Shown here piece after piece: positions 63,645 to 64,000 of a DNA stretch of 64,000 bases. Positions within the stretch are counted from its first letter, which is position 1. The number at the start of each line of letters is the position of its first letter. The notes beneath the pieces were generated by a model. The model was given only the letters and a program-made list of their open reading frames with translations, did no database searches and had not been told where the DNA came from. Position numbers and translations under genes: made by a program. The DNA comes from an uncultured Candidatus Rokubacteria bacterium (GTDB lineage: Bacteria; Methylomirabilota; Methylomirabilia; Rokubacteriales; CSP1-6): the NCBI GenBank assembly GCA_963771355.1, contig CAVYTA010000006.1, positions 1,024,001-1,088,000 of the forward strand, in the 5' to 3' direction.

Positions 63645-63947
63645 CTACTCCAGGGGAAAAGAGAGGATGACGGCGTCGAGCCGGATCACCCGGTGCTCTT
63701 CACCGCCGATGTAGAAATAGTGGCCCTCGACCTCCTCGGGGTTCTCCTCGAAGGCGACCACGGAGCGCACGGGCGGCATCTCACGGAACGCGTTGGCGCC
63801 CTCGTCGAACCCGTCGCCGCGGTTCACCACCTCGCCGTAGCGGATGGGAGAGCCCTTGGGACAGTGCACACGGACATCCGCGGGCGGCTCGGCCAGGAGA
63901 CGGACGAGAAGATTGATTCCGAAGACCTGGAACTGGATGTCACTCAT
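63645..63947 (-). CDS. Hypothetical protein (100 aa)
   Basis: Normal composition; TGnTACGAT 6 nt upstream of ATG. Confidence 0.7.
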   Translation of the reverse strand: MSDIQFQVFGINLLVRLLAEPPADVRVHCPKGSPIRYGEVVNRGDGFDEGANAFREMPPVRSVVAFEENPEEVEGHYFYIGGEEHRVIRLDAVILSFPLE

Positions 63948-64000
63948 ATCGTTATCGTATCACAGCGGCTCGACGCCGGGCTCGGGGGGGAGCAGCGATT

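Overview
High-GC (about 70% by eye) core-chromosome window, almost fully coding. Gene content and protein style suggest a diderm soil lineage such as Candidatus Rokubacteria/Methylomirabilota (inference only). From left to right it holds: a minus-strand cluster hpf-rpoN-lptBAC-kdsCDA-pyrG-tRNA nucleotidyltransferase-xerD-murJ; rpsT; ceramidase-like/holA/lptE/leuS; uvrC-uvrB-HNH; proline racemase/ProDH/ppx/hybrid kinase; FNR; a permease; nrdJ; a TolC-MacA-ABC-2xMacB export locus preceded by a collapsed MFP/RND chimera; then assorted metabolic genes through corA, suhB, amrB, an M20 peptidase and a DUF429-like gene. I saw no rRNA, tRNA, CRISPR, transposase or prophage. The most interesting signals are missed by the ORF track. 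(1) Non-coding-type repeats are translated in frame inside proteins: an 80-bp element occurs both between genes and in the HPF linker, and a hairpin-bearing 45-bp array sits inside amrB. (2) A UGA-split peroxiredoxin has a U-x-x-C motif and downstream hairpins (probable selenoprotein). (3) Stop/start-overlapping mini-ORFs bridge several operon gaps. (4) Six genes have a TANNNT hexamer exactly 6 nt before the start codon (leaderless mRNAs). (5) Three sigma54 -24/-12 motifs are present, one sitting on the sigma70 promoter of the lptC-rpoN operon. Three +1 frameshifts may be sequencing errors.
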